From Ramazzottius varieornatus (Eukaryota > Animalia > Tardigrada): a stretch of DNA of 64,000 bases. This document shows positions 49,850 through 63,674 of this stretch, in pieces (the first letter of the stretch is position 1; each line of letters starts with the position of its first letter). The DNA is taken from assembly GCA_001949185.1 (NCBI GenBank), contig BDGG01000001.1, forward strand, positions 5,865,591-5,929,590, given 5' to 3'. Position numbers and translations under genes: made by a program. Below the pieces are notes generated by a model. It searched no databases and was not told the DNA's origin. It worked only from the letters and a program-made list of their open reading frames with translations.

Positions 49850-50494
49850 AGGACGTCGCAGAAGAGCTCTTCCCCTGAAGAACTCTTTAGTTTCTTGCTC
49901 ACTGGTTAGATTGAATTTCCTACCGCTGTATCAGATTGGATTTGCCAGAAAAACTCTCTAAAAAGTCCTCTCTCTGTGAGTATTTGAATTTTACGTCGTA
50001 CTATTACTGTTCCTTTGTTTCCTCTTCCTTGTATCTGGTTGGACAGTGGTCCATTTTGCTCCGTGCGGTTCTCCCGACTCTTCAGTATGGTCAGTCGAAA
50101 CTTCGATTGCCTTTTACTTTTCTTGTTGTCGCAACGTTAGTTTTCCGGACTAATTTTTACGAAAAATTCTGTTTTATAGCATAAAGAGAAAAAGTAACGA
50201 AGAATAGCTGGACATGCCGATGTTGGTTCGGTAAATTCACCTCAAAATGTGCGAGCGCCCAGCACATGGGAGGCTGGCCAACGAGACGTACAGTACAAGA
50301 TCGTCTCCTAAAGTGGTGCAACAATCCAGCCAATATCAATTGAGACGTGCGCCACTTGGTATAACAGTCTTTGCCGACGTTGGTATGCAGTCCGTTTGCC
50401 GACCTCTCTCATGAAGACAAAATATTGCACATGAAATTAATAAAATTCGCACAAGCTTCTGTACATTTAATCAGGTATCAGAATAAATTCACCA

Positions 50495-52225
50495 TTAACA
50501 GTAAGGCAGAGTCCCACTGTCAGTACAGCCCAGGCTCTCCGGACGAACGTCCATGTATTGTCCAGCGGGACAAGCCTGAACAGCTCGGCTCGTTCCACTG
50601 AAACACATGCACCAGTAGGGACTACAAGTCCCTAGCCCGAACCAATTATTCCCGGTCCCTGCTCTGCCCACACAGTTCTTCGCACTACACAACGCTACCA
50701 TACTGTCCGGCGCCGGAGGCCAGGCCGTCGGTGGCGGGACACTTCCGCGACTCTTCAGCGGACACCAGGTGCTGTTACCGGCCTTACATGAGCCCGTGGA
50801 CCCATCGAAGTACGTCCCGGCATTACAGTTGAACAAACTGGCGATGTTGGCATTACAGTAACACAGGTAGCGGCTACACGGCCACACTTCGTACAGCTTG
50901 GACATCTTGCCTGTACAGAACGTGGTGTCACACTGATCGTAGCCTGTTGGGTAGGAGCTGTCGCCTGGTGTAGGACTCGGCATCGTCGGCGTGGGAAAAG
51001 TAGGAGACGTTGGGCTAAAGTCGGCGATCGACGGTGGCGTGTCTGGTGTTGGGAACTTGGTGGTAGGTGTTGTTGAGGATTTGGTGGTAGTCGATGGGCT
51101 GGACGGAAGTGTAGAAGTCCTGTTGGAAAGACCGTTGTTTCCACCACAAAGACAGGTAGCTTTGCAGCTGTTCTTGTAGTTGCTGGTGGAGCAAGCGTTG
51201 GCACCGGCCATCAGACTGCCACAGTTGGAGTAAACGTCTGTGTACTGGCAAGGATTATCTGGAAAGAAAGGAGAGCGGGAGAAAACGACATCTTCGCTCA
51301 CTATTAATCTGCAGAGTAAAACCTTACTGCATAGCCTCCCGCCAACGCAGTTGTTCGGACACGCTGAGCATGGCGGGCCTCTCACGTATGGCAGTTGACC
51401 GTTAAAATTACCTCTAGGAGAACAACAATAATGTCCAGCTGAGCTGGTTTTTTTTCTGTAAAACCGGAAAAGACTTTGTCAGTTCGGACAACTTACGCTG
51501 GGCAATAGTTGCAGACGAAGAAATTCATCTTGCCGCCACAGCTCGAGAACCCACATCCGATCTGCCAGGTTTTCGCCCATACAATCTAAGTGAACAAAGA
51601 CTTTACTAACATTATATCCCAAGCGGGAAAGCATTCGAGGCTGCCACACCTGTGTGTAGTGTCCGGCAGTAGAGGAGCAAGTCACCGCGGTCCCGTCCGA
51701 GCACGAAGCCACTTCATTGTACCACATGTCGATGACGGTCTTCCATGACATTGGAGAACCGCCACTGTTCATAGCTATGTTTTGTCCGCACGAAGAAAAC
51801 TCTACGCGACAGAAACAACGTTAAAGGCTGCGATGCTACATATGTATCTTCGACGAGAGCAGATGACCCTTACGGGAAGTACTACGGTTGGTATTGGCGT
51901 TGTGCTGGAAGACGCAGTTGTTGGCATGCTGTTGGGCTCCTTGGGCGGCTTCGGCGTTCCACTGGATGGTCAGCATGTTCGACGCGGACGGACTGACCAA
52001 GGTTCGCAGGCAGTTGTGCTTCTTCACAATGTAGTCCTGGACCTCTTGTACAGAAGTGCTGGCGAAAGACGCGGGAACCGAGTCCATCTTGGAAGACTGG
52101 TTAACCAGTGGGTACGTGCTCAGGTCAGATGCCGAGAATGGGGAACTCGCCGGGGCACAAAACTGTTGCGCGATAACATAGCGAACACCTGCGAGCTGAA
52201 AAGCTGCAAGCAAAATCGTTGCCAT
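50495..52225 (-). CDS. Secreted CAP/SCP (CRISP-like) protein with ShK-like domain, S/T/P linker and two Cys-rich (CBM14/peritrophin-like) modules; multi-exon
   Basis: Signal-like N-terminus; CAP motifs HNCLR, ASNMLTIQWN, ANNCVFQH, CGQNIA, WYNE, GHYTQ|IVWAKTWQIGCG, FVCNYCPA|GN; hinge PYVRGPPCSACPNNC; ShK-like CQYTDVYSNC...CKATCLC; modules ending CNAGTYFD...C and CPAGQYMD...C. Confidence 0.87.
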
Positions 52226-53414
52226 TTTACGTGCGAAAAACCATAGAAAAGTGAGACTTTCGAAGTTAAAGTCGCCTGAAACGGCCGTGGCTGGACTTAT
52301 AACCTTTGGTACCAACTCAAATTCCTTTGCTCATCGATTATCGAGCCTGTTTTTGCCCCTTACGAACGAAGTTCGAGTTCACGCCGTGGAGTTTTCGGTG
52401 AATTATTTACGGTAAGTGCGTTGAAGTGGTGAATATTTGGCACCGGAAGTGAACAGCGTACTACGAAACAGGAAGCAGAGTACCGGTAGCGTGGTCAAAT
52501 GAGCCTCGTGTCTTGTTTTCGCAAAGAAAACTGAATCAGTTTTAGGATAACCAACGTGTAATCTTGTCCAAGTTTTGAAGTGGACACGTCAATCGGGCTC
52601 CTGGCTGACTGTCAAACAAAGGACCATGTGCTACTGTTGACAAACGTGGCACTTGGCGGCACACCGCATACTTGAACGCCTGAACCTGAACGTGCCTCTT
52701 GAAAAGCGGTAATTGGACAGCTGGGTATAGCCATCGGTCCGAAAGAAGAAATAAAAGAATGACCTGGTAGCTACCAGTATCCGTTAACGAGGGGATAATT
52801 ATAGCTTACTGTATATGTTTTGTTCTGTTTATAGATGGGCGTTTCCGTCGTGGTTCTCACGCTTGCGGTCACGTTCATTTTACACGACAGCATACTTCAG
52901 TCTCCGACACTATCCCTTGTGTCGCTGTAGGATTCATTTATGGGAATAAAAGTTCGGAATTACGCCTGGCATCTGATCGGCCAAAATCCGAGTGCTTGAT
53001 GGGCCTTTATCCCTCCAACCACCTTCCTACACATCGCAGCATAATGAAGATCGGATCGGGCCCAAAAGAACAATAAAGATCTTTACCGTGGGTGTGTGTG
53101 AGAAGAAATTCAGAGACTTCCAGTGCGGCAGCACCCTTATCATACGAAGACGTTTTGTCGTTGGTAACACTTCCGGTACATCAGGGCCGTGCCAGGCGAG
53201 CCCTCTGTGAGACGTGTGGCACGGCCTTGATGTACCGGAAGCTGCAACCGTTCACCGAGGCATTTCACCATTTCTAAGTCGTTCTTCGAGATGTTTCACG
53301 CTAAATCGCTAGTATCCCTCAAAATAAAACGTAGGAATTCAACTATGCCTGTTTCAACAATTTCAATATGGAAGGGTTCAAAGTTTTGCAGCGAAATTTC
53401 ATTGAAAAGTTATG

Positions 53415-54629
53415 TCAGACGGTACCCAACATTTGGTCGCGGTTCCTCAGATACTGCGTGATGCGAGGTTCTCCGTCCAGTATCCGCCTTCGTAGTTCAG
53501 CTGGGTACTGAAACTGCTGCAACAGGTCCCAGTCCGTCAAACCTCCTGACACCATCTGGTCCTACAAAGACACAGACCATCGACCAAACATTGATAAATT
53601 CCCATCAAAATGATGAGCGGTTTGCTCCTCACAACTACCGAATTCACTTACGAAGGTCGAGTAAGCTGACAGATCGGCGTACGTCAACTGCGAAAAGAAA
53701 ACATAAACACAGTTAGCCAGAGGAGAGTTTTAGAGACAAGTCTCGAGCACTCACATTGTTCCCAAAAATATAGCCGTAGCCTTGTCCGTGTTTTGTCTTG
53801 AAATCGTCGAGGTATCCCAGCTTGACGGGTAAAGTGGATGTCAGGAATTTCTTGGTGTCGTGATCCTAACCCAACATAGAAAATCGATTATTCAAATCTT
53901 ACTAAAACCTTCACGCATACACTGCGATTTCCTGATCCACAAACAGATTCTCACCCTTACCCGGTACTTTTGGTTTGGCTGATAAATTATTTTGAGCGTA
54001 TCCGACAGGAGCTCATCTACAAATTCAGCAGCCGAATCCACCATCGCCCTTTCCAGGACGGTTCGACCTCCCAGATCTGAGACACACAAACAGAACTCTA
54101 TAATTCTAAAATATCATTGTCTTGCGTCTGCCAGTAGCACATCAGTATCACGTGATGCCATAACAGAAGGCCGCCGTGAGAATACATAATATGTTCCTTG
54201 ATGGTATGCGGTTAGCATGTCACTTCCGGCGAACTCAGCCGTTTTAAACTGCGGGGATATCGCAACCGCAGTTTTTCAGTTCTTTACGCGTATTTCCCGC
54301 CCTCAAGGAGAAATTGTTCGCTTACCGAACTCATTGGCTAGATATCTGGCAATGCTCATGCTTTGAGCGATCTGTTTCCCGCCGACTTCCAAAACCGGCA
54401 AAGTCTGGAAAGGCGTACCTGCAAAAACACATCGTAAGAACTACAAAGTCCATCCACTGTTCAGATTTGCTAAGTGGAAGTAAATTTACCTACTGGGCTT
54501 CAACTGTTCCCACAAAGTGGGATGAACCCGGATATCCTCATAGTCCTCTCCGACGAACCGGAAAATTAACCGGATCAGCTCTCCTCGTCCTTGTGCATCA
54601 AAATGGTACAGCTTGTACCGGGTGTCCAT
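53415..54629 (-). CDS. Glutathione S-transferase, sigma-class-like; multi-exon
   Basis: Motifs YKLYHFDAQGRGELIRLIF...YEDIRV...WEQLKP, PFQTLPVLEVGGKQIAQSMSIARYLA, GYIFGN|LTYADL, ITQYLRNR. The start codon is uncertain (54629 or 54662). Confidence 0.85.
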
Positions 54630-56104
54630 TGTCGTATCCGCCAAGACCCCTGGTCTTCTCATATAAGGCAGAAGTCGGTCAGATGCCAGCGTCTGAGACA
54701 AGATTACTGTTGGCAGTTTGCTAGGTGCAATGTTGAGACAACTTAAGCCGCGAAACTAGTGCAACAGGTAAAAGAGTGCTCTTTGTGGTTTTCTGAATAG
54801 AAAATTGAAGTACCTTCAAAATTTTAGATGTGGAAAGAATGGCATATTTAGCTTGTCCAACCAGCCTTCACCCACAATGTCGCCATTCTTCGCCGCAGAC
54901 TTGCACCAGCATGAGACGCATAAAAAAGAATGCATCATGTCTCACAACGCCGTTACTGTTGCCGTCGGTCATTCACCACCGTCCAAAAATTACATCGTCA
55001 GTTATTTGCAAAGCATACTGGTACGTAGACGATCGAATCACCCTCCAGCATCGCGTAACCTAAAAACACAACGCATAAAGTTATGAAAGCAGACGTAAGA
55101 CAGCCACGGTCGATTACTCGATTGGCGTACGTACCTATCGAATACCGAAGTATCGATCGCGTTTCCGGAGTCTGGACGCCGTCGTCCTCGATTTTTTGAA
55201 GTAAAAGTCTGTTTTGGGACCGTTGGAAAAACAACGGGAAAACATGGGGTTCTACACGACTGCTCCCGCCGAGCCTTGAGCTTGTTTGATCGGTACTTCG
55301 ACTACGGTAGTTCGATTTGGGATGTCTGGTACTTTTCTGAAAGGGGAAAGTTGGGCTGTCGGAGAAAATTAGGAAAAACTCTCAGAATCGTTAATAGGAG
55401 AGCACCGATTTTTTGAAAGGGCGGTGACAACTGACAAGTTGGCTTGAACCTGGGTGGGGCGCTTGAACGGACTGTATCAGGAAGCAGGCAATACAGTGAA
55501 CACACATTATACAGTTACATGCGCCTGACCTAAATGTTGGCAAGGACAATACAGTTGGCAGGCGGCCGGAAGCGGCAACGCACAATTAATTAAGCTGGAC
55601 ATTGCGGCTTTCGGCCGACTGCCAATTGTTTTGTTCATGCCAACAGCTAGGCTGGGCGCGTGCCGCGCGTGTAGAAATATTGCATTTCGGTGCAAGCGTG
55701 CACTGGAGGACTTGCGAAATGATGTCTCGCGCAGGCGTGCTGTAAAAATAGGCGCCATGTGCGCCAGTCCACGGAACAGTCCATCAGTCCAATCAATATC
55801 TTCAATCAACACGCATTCACAGCATGGAACGCTGAACTCCTCAAACGGTCGGCCTGATCAAGACAATCAAGCGACCGAAAATCGCACTGAACGTTCCGAC
55901 ACCCATGTCTGCCTTGATTATTGATTGCCAACCGGAAGTTGCCCAAACAAACGCGCGTCCTATTCACGATACCTCAGATCTTTCGAAAAATTTCTTTATA
56001 CTCTTTCGCGATGGTGAACATGCATCCGCGCATCTTTCCTATATTTTGAGGACACACCTCCTTATAGCACTGGGATGACGCGAGTGACACAGCTTCTCCT
56101 GGCC

Positions 56105-56479
56105 ATGTCGGCCACAGTACGGGCGGTGAAGAGGACGAAAGGATTACCCACGAGAGCAGCGCTGAATATCACGCCAGCCGCCATCCAGAAAGTACGAGAA
56201 CTTCTCACCAGCCGTCCGGAGTCGATCGGGCTGAAGATAACGGTGAAGCAGAAGGGATGTAATGGACTTTCGTACAACCTAGATTACGCCAAAGAGAAGG
56301 AGACGTTGGACGAAGAAGTCCTGATGGATGGCGTAAGGATACTCATCGATAAGAAGGCTCAGCTGTCTCTTCTCGGTACCGAAATGGACTACCAAGAATC
56401 TAAACTCAGCTCAGAGTTTGTTTTTAATAATCCCAATATCAAGGGAACGTGTGGCTGCGGTGAGAGTTTCAACATATAA
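56105..56479 (+). CDS. ISCA1: Iron-sulfur cluster assembly 1 homolog, mitochondrial
   Basis: Motifs TRAALNITPAA, GCNGLSY, LLGTEMDY, EFVFNNPNIKGTCGCGESFNI. An alternative upstream ATG lies at 56075. Confidence 0.95.
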   Translation: MSATVRAVKRTKGLPTRAALNITPAAIQKVRELLTSRPESIGLKITVKQKGCNGLSYNLDYAKEKETLDEEVLMDGVRILIDKKAQLSLLGTEMDYQESKLSSEFVFNNPNIKGTCGCGESFNI

Positions 56480-56723
56480 AGCTGTTTTTATGACACTACC
56501 CTTCTTGTCCTTCTTTTAATGCAGTTCGAAACTTGACTCGATGAATCCTTTACGGTCACATGACTTTTTATCATACTATGCTTTTGTAGCCATCGTAGAG
56601 TGTAGAGTGCCACGTGCTTGTGACGCTTTGCGTGATTTGATGTGGGCCAGTGTTAATTTCGATTGTTGACTAAATGCGTCACCACTGTCATTGAATTGAT
56701 TCGAATGATTGAAATTTGAAAAT

Positions 56724-57846
56724 ATAGAGATTGCGAGGACAGGTCGGGTCTCATAAAAAGCCACTCTCATCTTCCGGTCTCATGTTTCGTCGAGTCATGG
56801 GCCGGCTCGAACACGCTGAATGGCCGCTATTGGCCGACTCGGAATCCGAGACTTGGATTCTGAGACCGTACCCGACTGGTCTCATGGAAAACTGAAATTT
56901 CGATGAGACCAATTTCTGAGACCGTCCCGTAAATTATCCCCTCTAACTTTTGCGTATCTCTGCGCTTTCCAGAGCCTCAAGACTGCCACTTTCGTGATTT
57001 TGGACCGCAGTGTGCGATGACCAGCTTTTACATGGGATTACGACATAACATACACGCATCTAACTCTACTTCAGTGGTGCACTTTGAGTTTCACGATGCC
57101 CGAGGAATCGCGACTCGAGCTTGGAGATTTGCTATTATCCGTGAACCTCATAACACCAGGATACTTCCAGATTACCAGAGGTTAGCAGCCTGGCTAGCCG
57201 GCTGACATTCGACGGAGGAGGGTCGCGGTATGACTTTCGGAATGTCATACAACCTCGGTGCAATGAGCATTAAGTGACTGCTCAGGATTCCATGTCATCC
57301 ACGGTGGCTGCTATCTCCTCGAAGCAATCAAGGAGTCTGTGCTGATTCCGCTGCGGATCTACGTTCTACGTTGGTTTATTTTGACGGCTAGCCAGGCTGA
57401 AGACAGTGGAAATCTCTACTGAAGTTGTGGAGGTGGAAAAATTTGAACGAGAAAACAGACGTTCCCTGGCGTTGAGTTACCAGATATTGCCTTGTTGTGC
57501 CTCCTTTGACTTTTGCCCTCTTATGCGTATTGTAGTCTCCTTTTTTTGTGCCATGAGAATGTTAAGACTGGAGGCTCTGAGAGATTCCAAGATGGTCAAG
57601 ACACCACTTACAGATCCAGTTTTTACTTCCGGTCGGCACAGCAAGCATTGCGATACAGTATGAGAGTCCACAACGTGAGACAGCGAGGCGAAATTCTTCG
57701 CATGCACAGATACAGTACCGACGTTACATTCAACTCTCATGAAGCTTGATTAGGGCGGAGTTGATTTGTCCAAATCTGATACTAAAAACTGAGAGTCGCA
57801 AATATGAGGGCAGTTTATGAGACCAGACCTTTCCTCGCAAACCCTA
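56724..57846. mobile_element. Possible non-autonomous TIR element (~1.1 kb)
   Basis: Termini tagagattgcgaggacaggtcgggtctcataaa / tttatgagaccagacctttcctcgcaaacccta; GAGACC subterminal repeats; no TSD match. Confidence 0.5.
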
Positions 57847-58023
57847 TAATGAAACAGAAACAGCTGATCGCCGTGATCGGAAAAAAACAAAAAAAGGAAA
57901 ATATTGGTTTCAGTCTTTCTCGATTCCCTCTGCTACCGTGCTACGAGCTCCACTGTCGGCATGTTCACTGATATGGTTTGACGTTAAGGACGGTATTTCT
58001 GACACGCTGAGGATCATACGGAG

Positions 58024-61000
58024 ATGGACTTCCTGGCGGAGAACAACGCATGCGGGCAGACCATCCTTCGACTCGTCTCCCGAGGGAATGTCATCATCGC
58101 CGAACTTCTCCGTCTTTCCGAGTTTGTTCCACCTGTTTACCGACCGGAGAACCTTGCTGAGTATGCCCAATATTCGGCTCTCTTGCTGGATTTCAGCTAC
58201 TTCAAGGAAGTGGACGCAACGGAGAAAAGGATCGAAAGCTCGACGGTGAGTTCGTCAATTTGAATAATAATTTTTCCATTGTGTCAATAAGCTTCTACCA
58301 TTGCGTGTGTCATTCCAGACACTCCAAGAAGCTGATTTGGAACTGCGTGAAAACAATCTGGAAATTTTGCGACGATTCTACCGGGCCTTTGAGAGCATCC
58401 ACCGATATGCCGTCGACCTGAACCGGTATTTTATCCAGTTTATTTTTGTGTCGATTTTCACCGTAGAAAAATGCTCATAAAATCATTTATTCCGTTTCAT
58501 CCGCCATCTTCAGATTCGTGGAAGATCTTGAGGATGGTGTACATATCCAGCAGAGCTTGGAAACGGTTTTCTTTAACCCAGATGGAAAGCAGTTGATGGT
58601 AAATTAGAACAGTATTTTGCGAAGTCAGCAAACGAAACCAACTGATCGTCATCTCAAGTGGCGCACGTTTCCATTGGTATGGGCAGGAAGCGTGCGCTAC
58701 TTGATATGTATCGATCTTGCGCGTTTCGCTCAACGGCCTTCCGTACCTTGCTTCCCCAGAGGATTGTTTGACAGGAACGATACGAATGATTTCTTCTCGT
58801 AGTGTGAAGCGCTCTTCCTGTTCGGTATGATGCTCTTGATTGTGGACATGAAGTACGAAGGATTACTGCGGGAACGTTTGCTAGTCGCTTACTATCGATA
58901 TTGCGCGGACACTTCTCGAGAGACCAACATCGACGAGGTCTGCACGTTACTCCGAAGCACGGGCTTCTCCTCGGCATCCACGGCCAGGCGACCAGCAAAC
59001 TATCCCGAAGATTACTTCCGTCGGATGAAGTTCAAAGAGGTATTCGTCAGTATGGCCATCGGTCGACTACGCTCCGACGACATTTACCACCGCGTAAGCT
59101 GGAAACATCAACAAAACTTCTCTTATGGTCAAGCACCGGAAAATATCTGCCCACAACAGTCCTATTTTATAGGCTTCGGCATTTCCGCTTCCAGAGCATC
59201 GCAGTACGGCGTTGAGTTCTCAGGCAGCCATGCTTTACATCGTTCTCTACTTCGATCCGGATACCCTCCATAACCAACCGGCGAAAATGCGCGAAATTGT
59301 GGACAAACATTTCGCCGATAACTGGGTAAAGGCTATGGATCAAACAAAGTTTGATTTTCTTTTAGCCAAAAGAAGTGAAATGATAATCTAAAGTTGTACT
59401 GTATTTTTGCTGGACCTACAAAGTACTTTCCTATCGCACAGTAGACATGTCAAATTATCTGGAGTGGCTGTCGGCTAATGTTGGTTTCTGTCTACGCGGT
59501 ACAGGTGATTAGTACCTACATGGGAATCCTGGTCAACTTGCTGGACGCTTGGGAGCCTTATCGTGCTGCTCGGTCAGCTTTGAGCATCACCATCGAGCAG
59601 AACGTGGCGAAGTCTCTGGCCACTCGCTTTGGAGAAAAGCGTGTGAAGATCAACAGCATACTTCTCCAGCTCCTAAAAGAGGGCTCCTTGACGGAAGAGA
59701 CAGCCGTCAACAGCTTGAACAAACTGTTGAGCCTGACGAGGGACTGCAACGTCGTGGTCCGATGGCTCTTACTCCACACTGCGCCCCTTCCTGCCCGTAA
59801 GAACTATTTCTTTACCACCGCATTTCTTTCCGGTGGGAAAGAAATGAAGTGGATTTGTTTTCCAGAAGTCGAAGTGAACAACAAGAAAGCAAAAGCTGCG
59901 AGGGACCTTGTGATCACCGAGATGAACTGCAGGCCGGTTGAGGTGCTAGAGTTCCTTCTCAACACTGCTCAGTTCGAACTACAACTCAAAGAGGTGAGTG
60001 AAATATCCTTCTGTCTTCTTCGTTATGAATATGGTAATATATTATGAACGATTCGTTATAGTTGTACAAAGGGATACTGGCCAACAAGGAAGGGACTTGG
60101 AACTCGTACAAGAACGAGGCCAGTGGTCGATTGAAAGAACTAGCCGATGCTTTCAGCGGAGAACGAGCACTCTCTCGCATTGAGAAAAACGGTACAAGTC
60201 TTCCAACATTAACAATGAAAAATATGACGTCGGTAGTCTTTTCCAGAAAAGCTCCAAGAGTGGTTCAGGGAAATGGAAAAACAAGTCGAGCTTCTTTCCT
60301 ACCAAGATATTGCCTCGAATGGCCCACGGATCATCCAACTTATTCAGGCATTAGAAGAGGTACGGGTAGCTTTCTTTTGATCGTTGTGTTCCACCCAAGC
60401 TGAATCGAAAGATTGTATGGGAACTTTCTACGTTATTTTGCTGTTTGTCGTCCTCGAAGAGGCTAATCATGCAAGGTGTTCCGTCCGAATCCGTCAGGTG
60501 AAACAGGTCCTCATCGCCGTTGCGGAATCGTCTTTGAACGAACGTCGTATCGTGTAGCCATCGATGTATTTGTGTGTTAAGTTGGGGTATGCATTTTTAG
60601 GTGTTGTCTTTCCATCGGTTGGAGTCCAACATGCAGGTCAAGCAGTTCATCGTGGAGACCCAACATTTCCTGCACAAGATGATCAAGATATCCAACGTCA
60701 AAGAGGAGACCGTCATCAACCTGGACATTGTCGGGGACCTGTCTTACGCCTGGCAGCTGATCGACACCTACACCACCAAGATGCAGGAAGGCATCAAGGC
60801 GACGCCCTCACTTGTCAGTAAGCTTCGCGCCACATTCCTCAAGCTGGCTTCCGCCATGGACCAACCGCTACTCCGCATCAGCCAAGGTGACTTGGGACAT
60901 CAAACACTAGGATTGATATAAGTGTACGAAAAGCCCATCTGATGATAGTCAAGAAGTATATGGGATAGATCCTCCAAACAAAGCATAGGTTGCACATAGA

Positions 61001-63674
61001 ATCAGTGCGATGTACCGCACTTCCGGTATGTCGAGGCCGTGCCTAGTCTACACAGCTGGGCACGGCCTGGACACACCGGAAGTTCACACCTAAAGATGCG
61101 GACATGCCGTTGACAGTCGAAGTTTGCTCCCCGCTTGAACCTTCTTTGTCCGAATGCTTGTTAGATGAATACATCAACCCTGTATTCAGTTTTTTTTGTC
61201 TTTGCAGCGAATAGTGGAGATCTGCAATCGGTGTCAGAGTACTACTCGGGCGAGCTAGTAGCCTATGTCCGCACAGTACTGCAAATCATCCCTGAGACAC
61301 TCTTCAGTCTTTTGGCCAAGATTGTGGATATCCAGACGAACAAGCTGAAAGAACTACCGACGAGGCTGGAGAAGGACAAGCTGAGAGAGTACGCGCAACT
61401 GGATGACAGATTTGAAGTGGCTAAACTGACACATTCCATCTCTGTGTTCTCTGAGGGCATCCTACAAATGAAAACTACGCTGGTCGGAATCATTCAGGTA
61501 AATCGGTTTGTTAGCGTACTGTGCTCATAGAAAATGGGCAATATACACGAGAACGTACCGCTTTGATTGCAGATCGACCCGAAGCAACTGTTGGAAGACG
61601 GCATCCGCCGTGAGCTGGTTAGACAGGTGGCGCTAGCGTTGCACAATGACTGCGTTTTTGGGCCGAAGACCAAGGTAAAGTGTGGTATCGTGGAAGTCTG
61701 GCCCTTTTGCTCTCAACGAACCCTTGAGGTAATATTTACTGACGCTCTAAAGGTGGTATAACCATTTTCTTGCGTTTTAGGCTGCTGATTTCGTCCAACG
61801 GTTAGAGCTGATTAGCGCCAAGATGGACGGCTTCCGACGGTCCTTCGAATACATTCAAGACTACATCGATATCTACGGGCTGAAGATCTGGCAAGAAGAA
61901 CTGTCTAGAATCGTCAACTTCAACGTCGAACAAGAGTGCAACGTCTTTCTCCGTAACAAGGTGAGCATTCCTAGTGAAACCGGAAGTACAGACTGTATTG
62001 ATCGACGACCGGAAGTAACATGTTTAGGCATTGTCTCTCCCACGTGACTTGTTTTATAGATTCAAGAATGGGATAGCCTGTACCAGTCCAAGACCATCAC
62101 CATCCCGAAGATGCGCATAGTCGACAAGTCACTTACCTTTATCGGAAGGATATCCAGAGAACTCTTGCGAGCTACTGATCCAACGTAAGTCCACTGCTTT
62201 GGCCAAAGTCGTTTCTCTCACTTCTCTGTGTTCTGGCTATACGTTTTGCTTCGCAGAACCACTATTTACGTTGATCAGTTGATCGCTTGGTACGATACGA
62301 AGACTCGCCAAGAACTGGTCAACATCACCGTCTTCCGGAAGTTGCAGAACGCGCTGGGCATCGCCGGTCTAGCTGGTCTTGACCGCTTGTTCGCCTTCAT
62401 GATTACCCGTGAACTGCACTCCTTCCAAAAGATCATGGAGGACCTTCTCAAAGAGCGGACCTGGATCGCGCATTACCAGACTCTTGTAAAGACTATCAAT
62501 ACCGGAAGACAACCAATAGGTAAGGTTATAATATTGAAGTATGCGATAGGAGTGCATGATACGGGTGACGACCATGGTACTTTCTTTGACAGTTCAGCCA
62601 CTGAAGTTTTATGCTCAAGCCACAGCAAAGGGCCAGCGACTATGGCCTTTTACGATGGAAATCCTGCAGAAGATAGGACAACTACAGCTTTTAAGGAGAC
62701 AGCTGGCGTATGAGCTTCGGACTGTTAGTCGTTTCGATGCCAAAAATTTAGTGTCGGCTTTGGAAAATTTTAATGAGTAAGTTGAGACCTCGTAGATCGA
62801 CAGTTCGTGGCTGGGCTGGAATTATTTCTTCGGATTTGCTAAATAATTCTTCGGCTTTTACAGAAGTATACTACTGGAGTGCAGAGCACATCTTGCGGAC
62901 CCAGTAGAAGGAAAGTCCCAAGGAAAGGATAAGAAGGACAGTTTCCTCTTGTTCGAACTGGCTGAATATCTGCAGTGGACCGGCATGACGGAGCCACTGT
63001 CTCAAGTAACCTTCAGCACCTCCTTGTCCAGCTTTACTTTAGCATTAGTCACGTGATCGTCCAGTACGACAACATCCATCATTGCAGATTTACATTGGGA
63101 CTAGGCGGGAAACGTACCGCGGGCTGGCCCTGTTTCTATGCTTCCTGGCCATTTCCGGCATGTTAACCCCTGCCAAGAGCCTCGGTACTGCAGCTGGTTT
63201 TTTCTTCCGCATTTCTTAATGAAAAAGTTGCTCATTCGACAAGACGTTTGCGTATTAAGATTCTTTTACTGCTTGTTCGTTAAAATGTTATACTGTACAC
63301 CTTTGCAGGTAACACTCTGATACCTCGTCGAAGGACGGATCCCATCGATGGAACCGCCTTCCTGTTAGGCTTCCTGACTGTCCTAAAGCAGTACCACGAA
63401 GACGATACCCATCAGCTGGTCCAGTTAATTGGGCAGTATCTCCGTTCCGTGACTGAACACCACAAGAGCGGGGCTGGCGAAGTGGGGCCCGATGCCTCCA
63501 CCATCGTCGTGGCTGTACAGTGGATGCTGCTGTTTGACGCGGTCAGCCCCCAGGTAAGTTCCCCATTGCACTACGCAAAGTTGATATGAGCTTCTTGTAT
63601 GCCTTGTTTCAATGTTACAGATGGTGGGAGCTTCGATACCGCCATTCGTTATCCGAATGCTACAGACCGTGTGA
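58024..63674 (+). CDS. WASHC5: WASH complex subunit 5 (strumpellin), multi-exon
   Basis: Conserved exon peptides [119 protein letters not shown]. The last exon ends ...MLQTV* at 63674. Confidence 0.96.

Noticed and set aside
54830-55920. Possible small minus-strand gene between GST and ISCA1
   Set aside because: An exon-like open stretch at about 55145-55337 exists, but no coherent spliced ORF or homology is evident; it may be GST 5' UTR.
56075-56479. Intronless ISCA1 as a retrocopy or HGT
   Set aside because: Typical eukaryotic ISCA1 sequence, no poly-A or TSD scar, and short intronless genes are unremarkable here.
61019-61083. Hairpin in a WASHC5 intron (acttccggt..aggccgtgcc / ggcacggcct..accggaagt) as a miRNA or snoRNA
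   Set aside because: More simply a tiny MITE remnant in a palindrome-rich genome; no box motifs and no expression data.
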